Origin: Candidatus Versatilivorator sp.
Lineage (GTDB): Bacteria; Acidobacteriota; Terriglobia; Versatilivoradales; Versatilivoraceae
NCBI GenBank assembly: GCA_965207735.1
Contig: OZ242296.1
Location: forward strand, 662,723 to 726,722
Reading direction: 5' to 3'
DNA length: 64,000 bases
Shown here: one piece after another, positions 9,045 through 18,023 of the stretch
Position numbering within the stretch: position 1 is the first letter of the stretch
Layout of the letters: every line of letters begins with the position of its first letter
The notes under the pieces: generated by a model
Told to the model about the DNA's origin: nothing
The model's database searches: none
The model's input: only the letters and a program-made list of their open reading frames with translations
Translations under genes and position numbers: made by a program

Positions 9045-10634
9045 TCATTTCGACCGCAATCTTCTCCTGATCGACTCCAGCGCCTGGTCCAGCTCCGGCA
9101 CCCCGATGAGCCTGCAGCAGAGCCCGTAGATTGAGACTCCGGCCGCTATCGAGAGGGCAAGGATCAGGGCTTTTCCGACAAAGGCGACCGGCAGGAATAC
9201 GGCGGCCATCCACTGGTAGAGAGCGAACGTACCCAGCGCCATCACCAGAGAAGCTCCCAGGACCTTCAGGAAAGTGTTCAGAATCTTTGCCGACTGCAGG
9301 GCCCCGGCGGTCTTCTGCAGCCAGTGGTAGAGAAGAATAGCGTTGAGTAGGGCTGCCAGGGAGGTGACCAGCGCCAGCACCCGGTAGCCCATGCCCACGC
9401 GCTCGATGAGCAACAAATTGGCGGTGACGCTCAGGGCCAGGGTTGCGGCGCTTATCAGAACCGGGATGCGGGGCCTGTCGAGCGCATAGAAGGCGGGCAC
9501 CATGAGCTTGATCACCGAGTAGGCAGCCAGCCCCAGAGCGTAGTAGATGAGCACCCATCCGGTCTCCAGGGTGTCCGCGGCGGTGAATCGTCCTCGTTCA
9601 TAGATCAGGGCCACCACCGGATGGCTGAGGCAGATGAGTCCCAGGGATGCCGGCACGTTGAAGAACAGAGAGAGACGTAGAGACGTGGAAAGAGTGTCGC
9701 GAAGTTGCCGGTTCCGATGGTGTGCGGCGTGGGCGGAGAGGGTGGGCAGAGCTGCCGAAGCGATGGCCACGCCGAAGATGCCAATGGGCAAATACATCAG
9801 ACGAAAGGCGGCGTTGAGCCAGCTTACGGCTCCCTCCTGCTGGTAGCTTGCCAGCCAGGTGTTCACCAGGAGATTGACCTGGGTAACCGCCAGGCCAAAG
9901 GTTCCCGGACCCATCAGCAGCAGGATCTTCTTGAGGCCCGGATGTTCGAAGGAAACCCCCATGGTGTACTGAAATCCGAGTTTGGAGAGGGAAGGGAACT
10001 GGACCGCCACTTGCAGAGCCCCGCCGACGATCACCCCGACGGCCATTCCAACCACCGGATCGACGCCATAGGCCGGCAGAAGCCAGTACAGAGATAGGGC
10101 CACCACAATGGATCCCAGGTTGAAAGTGGCCGGCGCCAGGGCCGGAATGAAGAATTTGCCGTGGCAATTCAGCACTCCCATGGCGACGGCGGCCAGGGCC
10201 ACCAGCAGCAGGAAGGGCAACATGATCCGGGTCAACAGGACGGTGAGCTCGAACTTGCCGGGTTGGTTGCCGAAACCGCCGGCAATGGTTTCCACGATCC
10301 AGGAAGCATTGAAGATTCCCAGCAGGACAATCAAACCCAGCACGACCACCAGGAAGTTGATGACCAGGGAGGCCAGACGCCAGGCGGCCTGGGGCCCCTG
10401 GCGTTGAAGGGTCTTGGTGAAGGTGGGCACGAAAGCCGCACTCATGGCCCCTTCGGCAAAAAGATCCCTCAGAAGGTTGGGGATTCTGAATGCGACGTAG
10501 AAGGCGTCGGTTTGAAGGCGGGTGAACAGGGCCAGCAGAAGGGTTTCCCGCACCAGGCCCAGGATCCTGCTGATGATGGTCGCAAGGCTGATCAGCCCGG
10601 CGGATTTGACTAGCGGAGGGGGCTCATGGGTCAT
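9045..10634 (-). CDS. murJ: Lipid II flippase MurJ (MviN)
   Basis: 529 aa with 14 predicted TM segments. N-terminal ISRILGLVRE...AFYVAFRIPNLLRDLFAEGAMSAAFVPTF is a MurJ hallmark. Confidence 0.85.
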   Translation of the reverse strand: MTHEPPPLVKSAGLISLATIISRILGLVRETLLLALFTRLQTDAFYVAFRIPNLLRDLFAEGAMSAAFVPTFTKTLQRQGPQAAWRLASLVINFLVVVLGLIVLLGIFNASWIVETIAGGFGNQPGKFELTVLLTRIMLPFLLLVALAAVAMGVLNCHGKFFIPALAPATFNLGSIVVALSLYWLLPAYGVDPVVGMAVGVIVGGALQVAVQFPSLSKLGFQYTMGVSFEHPGLKKILLLMGPGTFGLAVTQVNLLVNTWLASYQQEGAVSWLNAAFRLMYLPIGIFGVAIASAALPTLSAHAAHHRNRQLRDTLSTSLRLSLFFNVPASLGLICLSHPVVALIYERGRFTAADTLETGWVLIYYALGLAAYSVIKLMVPAFYALDRPRIPVLISAATLALSVTANLLLIERVGMGYRVLALVTSLAALLNAILLYHWLQKTAGALQSAKILNTFLKVLGASLVMALGTFALYQWMAAVFLPVAFVGKALILALSIAAGVSIYGLCCRLIGVPELDQALESIRRRLRSK

Positions 10635-10663
10635 CAGGGCAACCGCCGGGGGTTGAGTGCAAG

Positions 10664-11710
10664 TTACTTCATCAGGTCTTCAACTTTTCGTTGAAGTTGT
10701 CTGAGAGACTTGTTCATTTCCGGCAGCTTGGCGAAGAGCGCCGAACACTTCAACCAAAGTCGGTTGTCAATGGCGGGATAGCCCGAGACCAGTTTGCCTG
10801 GTGCGACGTCGGAGGGGATTCCAGTCTGGGCGGTCGCGATGGCGCCGTCGCCAATTCGGCAATGGCCGGCCACCCCGACCTGACCGGTCAAGATCACGTT
10901 GTCGCCGACATCGGTGCTTCCGGCCAGACCGACCTGGGCACAAAGAAGGGTGTCCCGGCCCACCTTCGATCCGTGCCCTACCTGGACGAGATTGTCGACC
11001 TTGGCGCCCTTGCGGATGCGGGTCTCGCCAACAGCGGCCCGGTCCACGGTGGCGTTGGCCTGGACCTCCACCTCATCTTCCAGAACCACGGCTCCGGCCT
11101 GAGTGATCTTGGCGTAGCTTCCGTCCTCCCGCTTGGCAAAGCCATAGCCGTCGGCGCCGATGACGACGCCATTCTGCAGGATCACCCCGTTGCCAATGGA
11201 GCAGTTCTCGCGAACGCAAGCGTGGGAGTGCGCCGTGAAATCGTGGCCGATAGTGACCCCGGAATAGATCACGACATGAGGATGCAGAACGACGTTGTCC
11301 CCGATGACCGCATCCCTGTCGACAATGACATAGGGGCCGATCGAAGGATTGCTGCCGATCACCGCGTTGTCGGCAATGACTGCCGTCCCGTGGATGCCCC
11401 GCGGCGCAACCGGGGGACTGTAGAACAGATCGATCGATTGGGCAAAACTCAAATAGGGGTCTCTGGAGCGGAGCGTGCTGATGGTCAAGGGCGGAAAGTC
11501 CCTGGACACGATGATGGCCGAAGCCTGGGTGGAGCGAAGTTTCTTCTGGTACTTGCGATTCGCGAGGAAGGTCAGCTCGCCGGGCCGGGCTTCGTCAATG
11601 GGGGCGACGCCGCTGATCAGCAGATCGCCGTCCCCCTCGAGGTCGCAGTTCAGAGCCTTGGCAATCTCGGCTAGAGTCATGGTGGGCAGGCTCAGGGACG
11701 CTTCCGGCAA
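10664..11710 (-). CDS. lpxD: UDP-3-O-acylglucosamine N-acyltransferase LpxD
   Basis: N-terminal LpxD domain followed by left-handed beta-helix hexapeptide repeats (IGDNVVLHPHVVIYSGVTIGHD...). Confidence 0.85.
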   Translation of the reverse strand: MPEASLSLPTMTLAEIAKALNCDLEGDGDLLISGVAPIDEARPGELTFLANRKYQKKLRSTQASAIIVSRDFPPLTISTLRSRDPYLSFAQSIDLFYSPPVAPRGIHGTAVIADNAVIGSNPSIGPYVIVDRDAVIGDNVVLHPHVVIYSGVTIGHDFTAHSHACVRENCSIGNGVILQNGVVIGADGYGFAKREDGSYAKITQAGAVVLEDEVEVQANATVDRAAVGETRIRKGAKVDNLVQVGHGSKVGRDTLLCAQVGLAGSTDVGDNVILTGQVGVAGHCRIGDGAIATAQTGIPSDVAPGKLVSGYPAIDNRLWLKCSALFAKLPEMNKSLRQLQRKVEDLMK

Positions 11711-11761
11711 AGGCTGAAATTATATTACGATAACAGTGGCGTCAAGGAAACGGGTGCTTCA

Positions 11762-12904
11762 ATGTTCAGCGAAATTTCGGGATTCATCAACTACCTTACG
11801 GTTGAAAAAGGACTTTCCAGAAACACCTTGGCCGCCTACAAGTCGGATTTGGCAAAGCTCCAGCAATTTCTGGAAAAGCGGAAACTCTCGTTGGCATCTT
11901 TGACTCCGAGCCAGCTGCAGGATTTTGTTCAGACACTTCAGCAGGACGCCGGCTCCGCTTCAAGAGTTCTGTCCGAGCTCCAGAAATATCTGAAGAAGCG
12001 GAAACTGTCTCCGGCATCTTTGACTCCGAGTCGGCTGCAGGATTTTGTTCAGACACTTCAGCAGGACGCCGGCTCCGCTTCAAGAGTTCTGTCCGAGCTC
12101 CAGAAATATCTGAACAAGCGGAAACTGTCTCTGGCATCTTTGACTCCGAGCCAGCGGCAGGAATTCATCCGGAAGCTTCAACTCGACGCCCGCTCCATTT
12201 CAAGAATTCTGTCGGCGGTTCGCGGCCTTTGCCGTTGGATGGTCCTGGAGGGAAGGCGAACCGAGGACCCGTCCGAGAACCTGGAATTGCCGAAAGTCTG
12301 GAAAAGGCTGCCAGGGGTTCTGTCCTTGAAACAGGTGGAAGCCCTGCTGTCCCAGCCCGACCGAAAGAAGCCCCGCGGCCCCAGAGACAAGGACGTATTA
12401 CTTAGAGACAAAGCCATGCTGGAAGTGCTCTACGCGACGGGTCTGCGTGTTTCGGAGCTGGTGTCTCTGGAAGTCAGGGACCTGCATAGCGATCGCGACC
12501 GGGGGTACCTGCACTGTCAGGGAAAGGGTGGAAAGGTGCGGGCCGTTCCCCTGGGCAACTCAGCCAAGGAGGCATTGGAGCAGTACATGGAGCACGCCCG
12601 GCAGAGTTTGCTCAAGGGGAAGGGTTCTTCCCTGATCTTTGTCACCAACCGAGGGCGGGGGATGACCCGCCAGGGGTTTTGGAAGATGATCCGGCGTTAC
12701 GGAGAACTGGCGGGGATCCGGTCGTCTCTCAAGCCCCATGCCTTGCGCCATTCCTTTGCGACCCATCTCTTGCAGCGGGGGGCCGACCTGCGGGCGGTGC
12801 AGATGATGCTCGGTCACTCCGATCTCTCCACCACCCAGATCTATACCCATGTATTGAAAGAGCGCCTGAAAGGGATCTACCGAGAGCACCACCCCAGGGC
12901 CTAG
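11762..12904 (+). CDS. xerD: Tyrosine recombinase XerD-like, 380 aa, enlarged by an in-frame 120-bp tandem triplication in the N-terminal core-binding domain
   Basis: C-terminal catalytic domain with R...HxxR...Y and the XerD-type tail STTQIYTHVLKERLKGIYREHHPRA. N-terminal LTPSQLQDFVQTLQQDAGSASRVLSELQKYLKKRKLS is repeated. Its TAG stop is the CTAG abutting IS1182 copy 2. Confidence 0.8.
   Translation: MFSEISGFINYLTVEKGLSRNTLAAYKSDLAKLQQFLEKRKLSLASLTPSQLQDFVQTLQQDAGSASRVLSELQKYLKKRKLSPASLTPSRLQDFVQTLQQDAGSASRVLSELQKYLNKRKLSLASLTPSQRQEFIRKLQLDARSISRILSAVRGLCRWMVLEGRRTEDPSENLELPKVWKRLPGVLSLKQVEALLSQPDRKKPRGPRDKDVLLRDKAMLEVLYATGLRVSELVSLEVRDLHSDRDRGYLHCQGKGGKVRAVPLGNSAKEALEQYMEHARQSLLKGKGSSLIFVTNRGRGMTRQGFWKMIRRYGELAGIRSSLKPHALRHSFATHLLQRGADLRAVQMMLGHSDLSTTQIYTHVLKERLKGIYREHHPRA
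11878..12237 (+). repeat. 120-bp tandem repeat, 3 units, inside xerD; units 1-2 differ at 4-5 positions and unit 3 is diverged
   Basis: Period of 120 nt read directly (11881 vs 12001 vs 12121). Units 1 and 2 differ at only 4-5 positions over the 120-nt period. Confidence 0.85.
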
Positions 12905-14474
12905 GAGTCTGCGCCGCAGGACGATTTCGGAAAGTTCAAGAGCGAGAGGCTACTGCGCAAGGCCGGTTCCAAGGAGTGCTTGGGAGCCGCTTGGGCGTTG
13001 ATAGAGTCTCAAGAGCCCTGTGGGCTCCCACAATGGGCGGTTGAGGACCTCCGTGGTCCTGGGTATTGGGTGGAAATCCCTTGCTTCAGGCTGCCATCAG
13101 CGCACTCATCCTCTTGATGTTGAGGGCCAGACACACCAAGTCCCACTCCCCCTGCACTGACTGCAAGCCCCGCAGACTGAACCGTCGGAATCCCAGCCCC
13201 TCCTTGATCCACCCATGAGGGGCTTCGGCAATCCACTTCCTCCGCCGATACTCCACCTGACCGGCTAGGCTGGCCAGCTTCTTCCTCATACGACTCTTGG
13301 CCGGATGCTTCCTGGGATCGATCTCTACCGCCCGCTTCCCCTCGCGCCCCAGCGCAACATAACCGTCCACTCCTCTCTCTTCCAGGGCCTGCAAGTCCGC
13401 CTCATTGCAGTAGCCCGCATCCGCCAGCACCTGTTTCGGTATCTCCTGGAAGCTCTCCTCCACCTCCTCCAGCAACTCCATCATCTGCCCCTGATCGCTC
13501 GCCTGCGCCGTTACCTCGGTGGCCACAATGATCTGGTGCTCTCCGTCCACCGCCACCTGCGCGTTGTAGCATTGCTGGAACCCCTCGGTGGAAGTCTTCA
13601 TGATCCGGCTTTCCGGATCGGTGAAATTACTCTGCGCCTTCTCCTCCGGTTCTCCGTAGGCCCGCTTGTAGGGCCGTCGTGCTTTCGGGTTGCGGTCCTG
13701 TCCCGGTTTGCGCCCCCGCTCCTCATCGGCCTCCCGCTGGGCCGCCTCCAGCCGCTGCTTGGCCGCCTCGATCGCCGCCAGCCGGTCCTCCCGCCGACGC
13801 AACTCCTCGGGCAACTCGTCCCCACGCCGGTCTTCCCCGTAGCGCTCATCTTCCTCCCGGTCCTCCCGCCGCGCCTGCTTCAACAACTCTTCGATCTCTT
13901 CCCTCAGTTGCCGCTCCCGCTCCCGCATCCGACCGTAGCTCATCGCCTTGCGCCGGCTCGCGTTCGCCCGCACCTTCGTCCCGTCGATCCCCAATCGCCC
14001 CAACCCCACCATCCCCATCTCCCGCGCCAAACGCACCACTTGCACCAACAGCCGCTTGAAGTCCTTCAAGTGCCGCCGGCGAAACTCGCACAGCGTCCGA
14101 TGCTGCGGAAAGTTCCCCGCCGCCAGCATCCGAAACGCCACGTCCTCCTCCAGCTTCCTGGCAATCTTGCGCGACGAGAACACCCCCGTCGCATAGGCGT
14201 AGATCAATACCTTCACCATCATCCCCGGCTCATAGGGCGAGTTGCGCCTCCCGTCCTCTTCATACCGCCGGTAGAACGCTCCCAACTCCAGCCCATCCAC
14301 CAACTCGCTCACCTGATGCGCCAAGTGTCCTTCCGGTACCCACTCCCGCAGGTCCGGCGGCAGCATCAACAACTGCTTCGGTTCATACGGGCGAAACCTC
14401 GTCCCCATTCACCACCTCCCATGATCTCTCTAAGCCCGTTATTCTATCATTCAGCCCTGCCTGGGTTTTCTGCG
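12905..14474 (-). mobile_element. IS1182-like insertion sequence, copy 2 (inverted relative to copy 1), flanked by CTAG on both sides
   Basis: Reverse complement is nearly identical to 4653-6232 and carries the same TIR GAGTCTGCGCCGCAG. CTAG at 12901-12904 and 14475-14478. Confidence 0.8.
13086..14408 (-). CDS. IS1182-family DDE transposase (440 aa), copy 2
   Basis: Identical to the 4729-6051 product except for about 5 substitutions in the coiled-coil linker (MRERERQLREEIEELLKQ vs MKERERQLKAEIHELLKK). Confidence 0.85.
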   Translation of the reverse strand: MGTRFRPYEPKQLLMLPPDLREWVPEGHLAHQVSELVDGLELGAFYRRYEEDGRRNSPYEPGMMVKVLIYAYATGVFSSRKIARKLEEDVAFRMLAAGNFPQHRTLCEFRRRHLKDFKRLLVQVVRLAREMGMVGLGRLGIDGTKVRANASRRKAMSYGRMRERERQLREEIEELLKQARREDREEDERYGEDRRGDELPEELRRREDRLAAIEAAKQRLEAAQREADEERGRKPGQDRNPKARRPYKRAYGEPEEKAQSNFTDPESRIMKTSTEGFQQCYNAQVAVDGEHQIIVATEVTAQASDQGQMMELLEEVEESFQEIPKQVLADAGYCNEADLQALEERGVDGYVALGREGKRAVEIDPRKHPAKSRMRKKLASLAGQVEYRRRKWIAEAPHGWIKEGLGFRRFSLRGLQSVQGEWDLVCLALNIKRMSALMAA

Positions 14475-14478
14475 GCGC

Positions 14479-15488
14479 AGACTCCTAGCCCGCATTTCTC
14501 AGTGCGCCATGGAAAGGCGCCTTCTTCCAACGGGTGCGAAACCCGTCCAACAACTGTCGCTCCGGTTGGTAGCAGCCAGGGCGGATCATGGAGGTAACGA
14601 TATGGTCTGAAGCCCTCTGGTGTCAAAGGGCCGCTTAAGGCGGTTCAGCGAGCATGCGGGCCGGAACGCGAGTGAACGTCGAGCAGGCCTCGAAACGGGC
14701 AATGCGGGGGCCGACCCACCTGAGAAATGGGGAAGGCCGAAGACGGAGGGGGAAGCGAGCGACGCGGGCACCCCTTTGGACCCGCCGGGGTAGTGGCGCT
14801 GGCACGCATGGAAGGGGAAGAAGGCAGCAACATGGGAAGCCCTGTGGGTGGTGAGGCACGCACCGAACCGGAAGCTCGCGAGAGTCAGTCTAGGCCGACA
14901 GGGTGGCGGAGAGGCCTGTAGTACCGGAGAAGCCGGGTAATACCGGTGGAGGGAAGGGGCCTCAGGTGAGGAGCGGTGACCGAAGGGGGAAGGGTCCCGG
15001 GAGTGGCGAAAGCCTGAAACCCCGACCAAAAAAGGGCCGGAGACTCCGGAAGCATCACATGCAAAAGTGAAAGGGTCGTCGGAGGAGGACGGCGTCGTCA
15101 GGGCATCAACAGGCCTGGCGGCAACCCGGGAGCGGAAGTGGATGGAGTGGGGGACGGGTGCCAATCCCATAGGAGTCGTCCACGGATGCGAGCGGGGACC
15201 TGTGTGCGAGACGCATGATCCCACTGGAGAGCCGAGATGCGGGAAAACCGCACGTCCGGTTCGGAGAGCGGGGACTGGAAACGTGATAAGGGAGCCGGAC
15301 TGAGGCCCGAAGCGAAAGCGACGGAATAGCCACCGGACCCTATAGTCAACGCGCCAGTCCTCGACTCTACCCAAGGGGCATGCCCAGAGCTGTCTGTTAC
15401 CCGCAAGCCCTTACCAGAGAGCCAATCAAAGTACTGAAGATAAACTACTTTTCGTCATGGCACCAGCGACCTGGCGAGAAATGCGGGC
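14479..15488. repeat. IS1380-type transposase-less element (same TIRs as 6237-6490) carrying an ORF-less group II intron inserted in its left TIR
   Basis: Left TIR CCCGCATTTCTCA is interrupted, then continues CCAAGGGGCATGCCCAG. The right 120 bp match the short element at 6237-6490 and end ...CAGCGACCTGGCGAGAAATGCGGG. Confidence 0.7.
14492..15371 (+). ncRNA. ORF-less group II intron (about 880 nt), copy 1
   Basis: 5' end GUGCG lies immediately after the exon sequence ...CCCGCATTTCTCA. ATGCGGG (14701-14707) and TGAGAAATG (14720-14728) are exact complements of IBS2 CCCGCAT and IBS1 CATTTCTCA. Domain V GAGCCGAGAUGCGGGAAAACCGCACGUCCGGUUC (about 15247-15280) has the AGC triad, G-U wobble, AC bulge and GAAA loop. 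The 3' end is ...CUCUAC and is followed by a CCA exon. No ORF spans more than a few dozen codons on this strand. Confidence 0.75.
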
Positions 15489-16972
15489 TAAGCGGGCCCG
15501 TGTCCCGCGGGCAGGCTGGATCCAGCCAGGGGAATCGAGACCAGAAAAGATGTTCCTCGGCCAACCTGGCTTTCCACGGCAATGGTGCCCGCGTGGTCGT
15601 CGATGATCTTTTTGGTAATCGACATTCCCAAGCCGAACCCCGTCGGCTTGCCTTGGGTGAAGAAGGGCTGGAAGAGGGTGGCTTGAGCGTGGGCGGGAAT
15701 GCCGCCGCCATTGTCGGTGAGCCGGATGCAGGCTTGATCCTCCCGGGTTTCGGTGCGAATCGAGAAGGTGCCTCCACCCTTGAGCGCATCCTTGGCATTG
15801 ACCGCGATATTCAGCAGAGCCCGCCTGAATTTGTCCTTGTCGACGGTGACCCGGGCATCGCAGTTGAACTCCCGAACAAAACGGGTGCCCTTGCCTTGGA
15901 ACAGGGCCTGGATCTCAATGCAGCAATTCTTCAGAACCTGATCGAGGCTGCAGGTTTCCGGCGACATGCAGGTCTTCTTGTCGTTGGCGAACTGCAGGAT
16001 CTCGTCCAGCATCCGTTCCATGCGCTCGACCTCGAAGTGGATGAATGCCAGGCATTCCTGCTTTTTGTCAGCCGACAGGTCGAAGTCACTCATGACGGAA
16101 GCAAAACCCTTGATGACGGTGATGGGCGTTCGGCAGTCGTGGACGATGGTATTGACCATGGTGCCGACCGCCGCCAGCTTTTCCGTCTTGATTCGTTCCT
16201 CCTGACTCTGCCTGATGCGGTCCATCATGTGGTTGAAGTGGTTGGCCAGTCCCTCCAGCTCGTCACCCGTCTTGACTTGAATTCGGTGAGAAAGGTCGCC
16301 CGCGGAGGCCTTCAAGGCTCCGCCGACTATGGTGGAAACGGGGACTGTGATCCGGTTGGCCAAGATACAGGCGCCCACAATTCCCGTCACCGCGGCCGCC
16401 AGGCCCACCTGCAGGATGACGAGCTGTATTTCCCATACCTGCTGATTCATGCCGTCGGTCGAGAAGCCCAGGCGGACCGTTCCCCAACGTCCCGGAGACT
16501 CGGGCGACAGAACCGGGACCGTGAAATCCAAGACCGGGTCGAAAGAAGAAACCTTGCTTGGGGCGAATCGGAGTCGACGAATGAGGGGTTTGCGGGCCTG
16601 CAGGGATTGCCGGGCCTCGGCTCCCGTTGGATGGGTGTCGATCAGGGAACTGTCTTCGGAATGGGCTGCCACCTTGCCTTCCTTGTCATAGACGATGACA
16701 TAGAGGAGGTCGCTTTCCCCTCGAGCCAGCCGTGCGTTGACTTGGAGCATGCGGTAGTTGTAGGTCTGCAGATGGGTCAAGTTTGCTCCGCTGGCGAAGA
16801 TTCGGGCGATGGCGATCCCGCGCTGCCGGGTGTGGTCGCGAATGACTTGGTGCATGCGGTGACTCAGCAAACCAATTGCCGGCAGGAGGACCGAAGCAAG
16901 TAAGAGGACCGTAGCCGATATCAACTTCGTCCTCAGGTTGATTCGGGAAAAAGCGCGCATGTAGGCCTCCAA
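15488..16972 (-). CDS. Sensor histidine kinase (HAMP-HisKA-HATPase_c)
   Basis: Two TM segments with a periplasmic region, HAMP, H-box IVHDCRTPITVIKGF and N/G1/G2 boxes (NAKDAL, DNGGGIP, GFGLGM). Its TAG stop lies in the terminal CTAAGC of the adjacent IS1380-type repeat element. Confidence 0.8.
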   Translation of the reverse strand: MEAYMRAFSRINLRTKLISATVLLLASVLLPAIGLLSHRMHQVIRDHTRQRGIAIARIFASGANLTHLQTYNYRMLQVNARLARGESDLLYVIVYDKEGKVAAHSEDSSLIDTHPTGAEARQSLQARKPLIRRLRFAPSKVSSFDPVLDFTVPVLSPESPGRWGTVRLGFSTDGMNQQVWEIQLVILQVGLAAAVTGIVGACILANRITVPVSTIVGGALKASAGDLSHRIQVKTGDELEGLANHFNHMMDRIRQSQEERIKTEKLAAVGTMVNTIVHDCRTPITVIKGFASVMSDFDLSADKKQECLAFIHFEVERMERMLDEILQFANDKKTCMSPETCSLDQVLKNCCIEIQALFQGKGTRFVREFNCDARVTVDKDKFRRALLNIAVNAKDALKGGGTFSIRTETREDQACIRLTDNGGGIPAHAQATLFQPFFTQGKPTGFGLGMSITKKIIDDHAGTIAVESQVGRGTSFLVSIPLAGSSLPAGHGPA

Positions 16973-17264
16973 CGGAGGGAGTCCTGTATGGCGATGCTGC
17001 TGGAAGGTGTCGGGGAGGGGGGTATCCTAACACCGCCCATGAAGCCGGTCAACCACTCCGACACCACTCCGATGCCTCAGCGAACCCCTGCTGGCGGAGC
17101 TGCGGGGTCTGTTTGGTTTCCGGAGATTGTGTGATACTTTGGGGCGCTTATCTGCCCGGTGGCAGGAGTCACCGGGCAGACGAAGCAGCGGCCGGCAGGG
17201 CTGTCGGCGACCCCTCTGATGCGAGTGTCGAGGCGTCGACACCCGACCGGCGGTTGGAAGCCCG

Positions 17265-18020
17265 ATGGGGATTCTGAGCAGTGAAGCCATCATCCTGCGG
17301 ACCTATCCGCTCAGGGAAACTGACAAGCTGGTGGTGGCCTATACTCGAAAGTACGGCAAAGTGCGCGGGGTGGCTCGTGGAAGCCGTCGGATCAGAAGCC
17401 GCTTTTCCGGCCGGCTGGAACCCTTGTCCTGGGTGGAGCTGGTTGCCTTCGAAGGGCGTAGTCCGGAGCTGGTGTCTATCGACAAGGTGGAGTTGCTGAA
17501 GGGTTATGGCCTGGCGATGCAGGACTACCAGGCCTACCTGCGTTCCTCCTATTTGTTGGAGCTCCTGATGGAAACGGTTCCTGAACATGAAGCCAACGAC
17601 TCTCTATTTCGCCTGTTGTTGCATGTGCTACCGTTGCTGGGGAATAGTCACGACTCCCGGCTGGCCTCCGTCTATTTCCAGATCTGGCACTTGAAACTGG
17701 CAGGGTTGCTGCCCAGCCTTGACGCATGCAGTCGTTGCGGTGCGGCATTGGGCCGTAGTACGGGAGCCTGGTGCCGATTGGAAGTTCTGGGACTTTTCTG
17801 CCAGGAATGCCGACAAGGTGCGGGACATCGGGTATTCGGGGAGGTCCTGGAGTTGGCTGGTCAGGTGGTGAAGAAGTCTTTGCCGGATCTGGCCCGCGGG
17901 CAATTAGCAAACAAGACCGTTTCCGCGCTTAACGCGGTAGCGGAGGAGATGGTGCAGACCGGCTTTGAGCGGAAGTTCGATTCGCTGTCGCTGCTGCGGC
18001 AGGAGTCCGGGAATCGGTAG
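17265..18020 (+). CDS. recO: DNA repair protein RecO
   Basis: OB-fold N-terminus (EAIILRTYPLRETDKLVVAYT) and a C-terminal Cys4 zinc motif (CSRCG...CQEC). Confidence 0.8.
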   Translation: MGILSSEAIILRTYPLRETDKLVVAYTRKYGKVRGVARGSRRIRSRFSGRLEPLSWVELVAFEGRSPELVSIDKVELLKGYGLAMQDYQAYLRSSYLLELLMETVPEHEANDSLFRLLLHVLPLLGNSHDSRLASVYFQIWHLKLAGLLPSLDACSRCGAALGRSTGAWCRLEVLGLFCQECRQGAGHRVFGEVLELAGQVVKKSLPDLARGQLANKTVSALNAVAEEMVQTGFERKFDSLSLLRQESGNR

Positions 18021-18023
18021 ATC

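Noticed and set aside
6237-12900. Composite transposon formed by the two IS1182 copies
   Set aside because: The enclosed genes (murJ, lpxD, xerD) are core housekeeping genes and each IS has its own CTAG target duplication. Two independent insertions are more parsimonious than a transposed composite.
14586-15374. 262-aa and 306-aa Pro/Arg-rich ORFs (14586-15374 minus strand; 29167-30087 plus strand) that are exact duplicates
   Set aside because: They lie antisense within the two group II intron copies. Low-complexity composition and absence of any domain make them translation artefacts of the structured RNA.
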